Assembly (NCBI GenBank): GCA_964414805.1
Contig: CAYPYZ010000001.1
Coordinates: 1-43,430, forward strand
Reading direction: 5' to 3'
DNA from: an uncultured Paludibacter sp.
GTDB taxonomy: Bacteria; Bacteroidota; Bacteroidia; Bacteroidales; Paludibacteraceae
DNA length: 43,430 nucleotides
Position numbers and translations under genes: made by a program. This document shows, in pieces, positions 42,176 to 43,430 of this stretch (within the stretch, counting starts at the first letter, position 1; each line of letters begins with the position of its first letter). The notes beneath the pieces are model-generated. The model had not been told where the DNA came from. It made no database searches and saw nothing but the letters and a program-made list of their open reading frames with translations.

Positions 42176-42201
42176 CAAAGGTAGGGATAAAATTTTAGCC
42201 C
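42176..42201 (-). promoter_or_regulatory. TA promoter -7 box with adjacent palindrome (candidate operator)
   Basis: TACCTTTG on - (42176-42183) abuts GGGATAAAA/TTTTAGCCC (42184-42201, one mismatch). Confidence 0.55.
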
Positions 42202-42264
42202 CGCAATACTTCTAATAAATTTAAGGGACAGTCCCATATGAGACACACCCTCAACCTCGTCCGG

Positions 42265-42370
42265 AGGACGCCATGTGATTAATCGTAAGATTTATCTTGC
42301 GGTAAAAACAACAGCCAGTAACCCCTCCGCCCGTAGTGGCGGAACAATTAATTTTACACTAAAGGAGCAG
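42265..42370 (+). repeat. Repeat A copy 2
   Basis: Direct repeat of 40985-41090. Confidence 0.9.
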
Positions 42371-42486
42371 CTGCAATTAGCAAATTTAAAGTCATCACTT
42401 TTTATTTAAGACTATTGGTCTATAATATTGTTTATTTACATTATTAATACATCTTCTCTCAATAAATTGACGTTCGGAATGCTAAA

Positions 42487-42539
42487 TTGCCCAACAATCG
42501 CCCAACCGTTGCCCAACTTGCCCCACTATTGCCCCACTA
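42487..42539 (+). repeat. Degenerate tandem repeat, five 9-11 nt units (TTGCCCAAC/TTGCCCCAC core)
   Basis: ttgcccaacaa tcgcccaaccg ttgcccaac ttgccccacta ttgccccacta. Confidence 0.75.
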
Positions 42540-42715
42540 CCTCGTACCAAATACTAGAACCCGAAGTCCCAATCCTCTTTAATAGAGACTTGGATACCAA
42601 CTCCGTTAAATCGTTTGTAGCAGTTCTTTTAGATACAGAATTTATGAACTGATAATCGCTATTGGTAATTTTTCCTTTTTCTTTCACATACAGTACGGCT
42701 TTTATTTGCCTGTTG
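42526..42715 (-). pseudogene. C-terminal winged-HTH remnant of an AlbA_2/RecG-C-like ATP-binding regulator
   Basis: NRQIKAVLYVKEKGKITNSDYQFINSVSKRTATNDLTELV..L.RIG resembles the terminal wHTH of that family. The upstream part of ORF 42526-42807 is only repeat B read in frame. Confidence 0.65.
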
Positions 42716-42846
42716 GCAGTCGAAAAGCTGAAATCTCCAAACTCGCAACTACGTTGCTCAAACAGTGGATATTTCTTAACGCTTTTCTCCTTGGTTCTAT
42801 GGCTCATCTGCTAAGGTCGGGGGAAGAACATTGTACGGTTGAATAT
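42713..42846 (+). repeat. Repeat B copy 2 (left-truncated)
   Basis: Shares CAAACTCGCAACT.CGTTGCTCAAACA, TTAACGC, TATGGCTCA, AGGTCGGG and CGGTTGAATAT with 41264-41395. Confidence 0.85.
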
Positions 42847-43090
42847 TATTTTTATTACTTAGATAAGGAATATTTAAAGCGGAATGCCCGCCCTGAAAAA
42901 GCAGTATAACATCATGCATCCGCACAAAATAATGTCCCATATGGGACAAAATTAAATATAGTAAGACTCAATATATAATCACAAGCATCGAATGTTGATT
43001 AGCTTCAAACCAATTTTTTCCTTAAATTTGTCCCTGTTGATGAACGATAAGCTCTACCATTAATTATTCATCTAATAATGTTTTACCACA

Positions 43091-43430
43091 ATGAAAAAAC
43101 TCCATTTATTATTTCTCCTTCCACTATTTATAGCCTGTGAAAAAGAAGTGCAAGAGCCTAAACAATTTAGGTTAAGCCCTGATGCAAAGATTAGAATTGA
43201 AGCTGTAAAATCGGGTATGCAGCGTATTATATCTGATAGTACTGAAATAGATACTATTCATTTAACGCCTCTTGATGTGGTGAAACAAGCTGATGCTTTG
43301 ATTTATCACAATGATAGTTTAAGCGGTGGTGGCATTTGGACTGGCGGATTTGCAGGTAAGGACACTATATCAGAGAATCCAGCTTTGCTAAGGTGGGGTT
43401 GGGACATTATAGATACTGATGGATGGGGAA
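43091..43430 (+). CDS. Putative lipoprotein, 3'-truncated by the window edge (not in the ORF track)
   Basis: MKKLHLLFLLPLFIA-C-EKEVQEPK (lipobox plus charged residues after Cys); frame open to the end; -7 box TAAATTTG at 43023-43030. Confidence 0.75.
   Translation, partial: MKKLHLLFLLPLFIACEKEVQEPKQFRLSPDAKIRIEAVKSGMQRIISDSTEIDTIHLTPLDVVKQADALIYHNDSLSGGGIWTGGFAGKDTISENPALLRWGWDIIDTDGWG

Noticed and set aside
40985-42846. CRISPR array or classical integron attC array
   Set aside because: The repeats are over 100 bp, present in two copies each and irregularly spaced, with no cas or intI gene. GTTGAAT fits GTTRRRY, but no matching RYYYAAC was found.
42428-42909. Plus-strand ORFs 42428-42652 and 42706-42909
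   Set aside because: They are antisense to the gene remnant or lie within repeat B, and show no protein-like motifs.

Overview
AT-rich chromosomal window from a Bacteroidales bacterium, inferred from the TAnnTTTG -7 promoters, the dnaA-mlaD-amidase-lptD gene order, a T9SS-type substrate and a short MetH. It opens with the end of a surface-polysaccharide locus (1-3285). About 37 kb of housekeeping genes follow: mpl, dCMP deaminase, S41 protease, rnz, miaA, dnaA, lptD, slyD, aroC, speA, cdsA, ftsH, rsfS, rpsT, tRNA-Glu, serA/serC, mgtE, mutS, metH and gpmI. It ends in a small accessory patch (~40.98-43.0 kb) with a DUF4160/DUF2442 toxin-antitoxin pair, a gene remnant and two families of structured repeats. 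Four observations stand out. (1) A candidate leader-peptide translational attenuator lies upstream of mgtE: a 16-codon uORF plus mutually exclusive hairpins, one of which hides the RBS. (2) The 12-mer GCAAAAGGTAAA occurs at least 8 times, in genes, upstream of dnaA and as inverted pairs. (3) A structured repeat has CTTGAC-loop pseudoknot units and compensatory base changes between its copies. (4) A single in-frame TAG splits lptD. All calls were made by eye; no database search or folding program was run.
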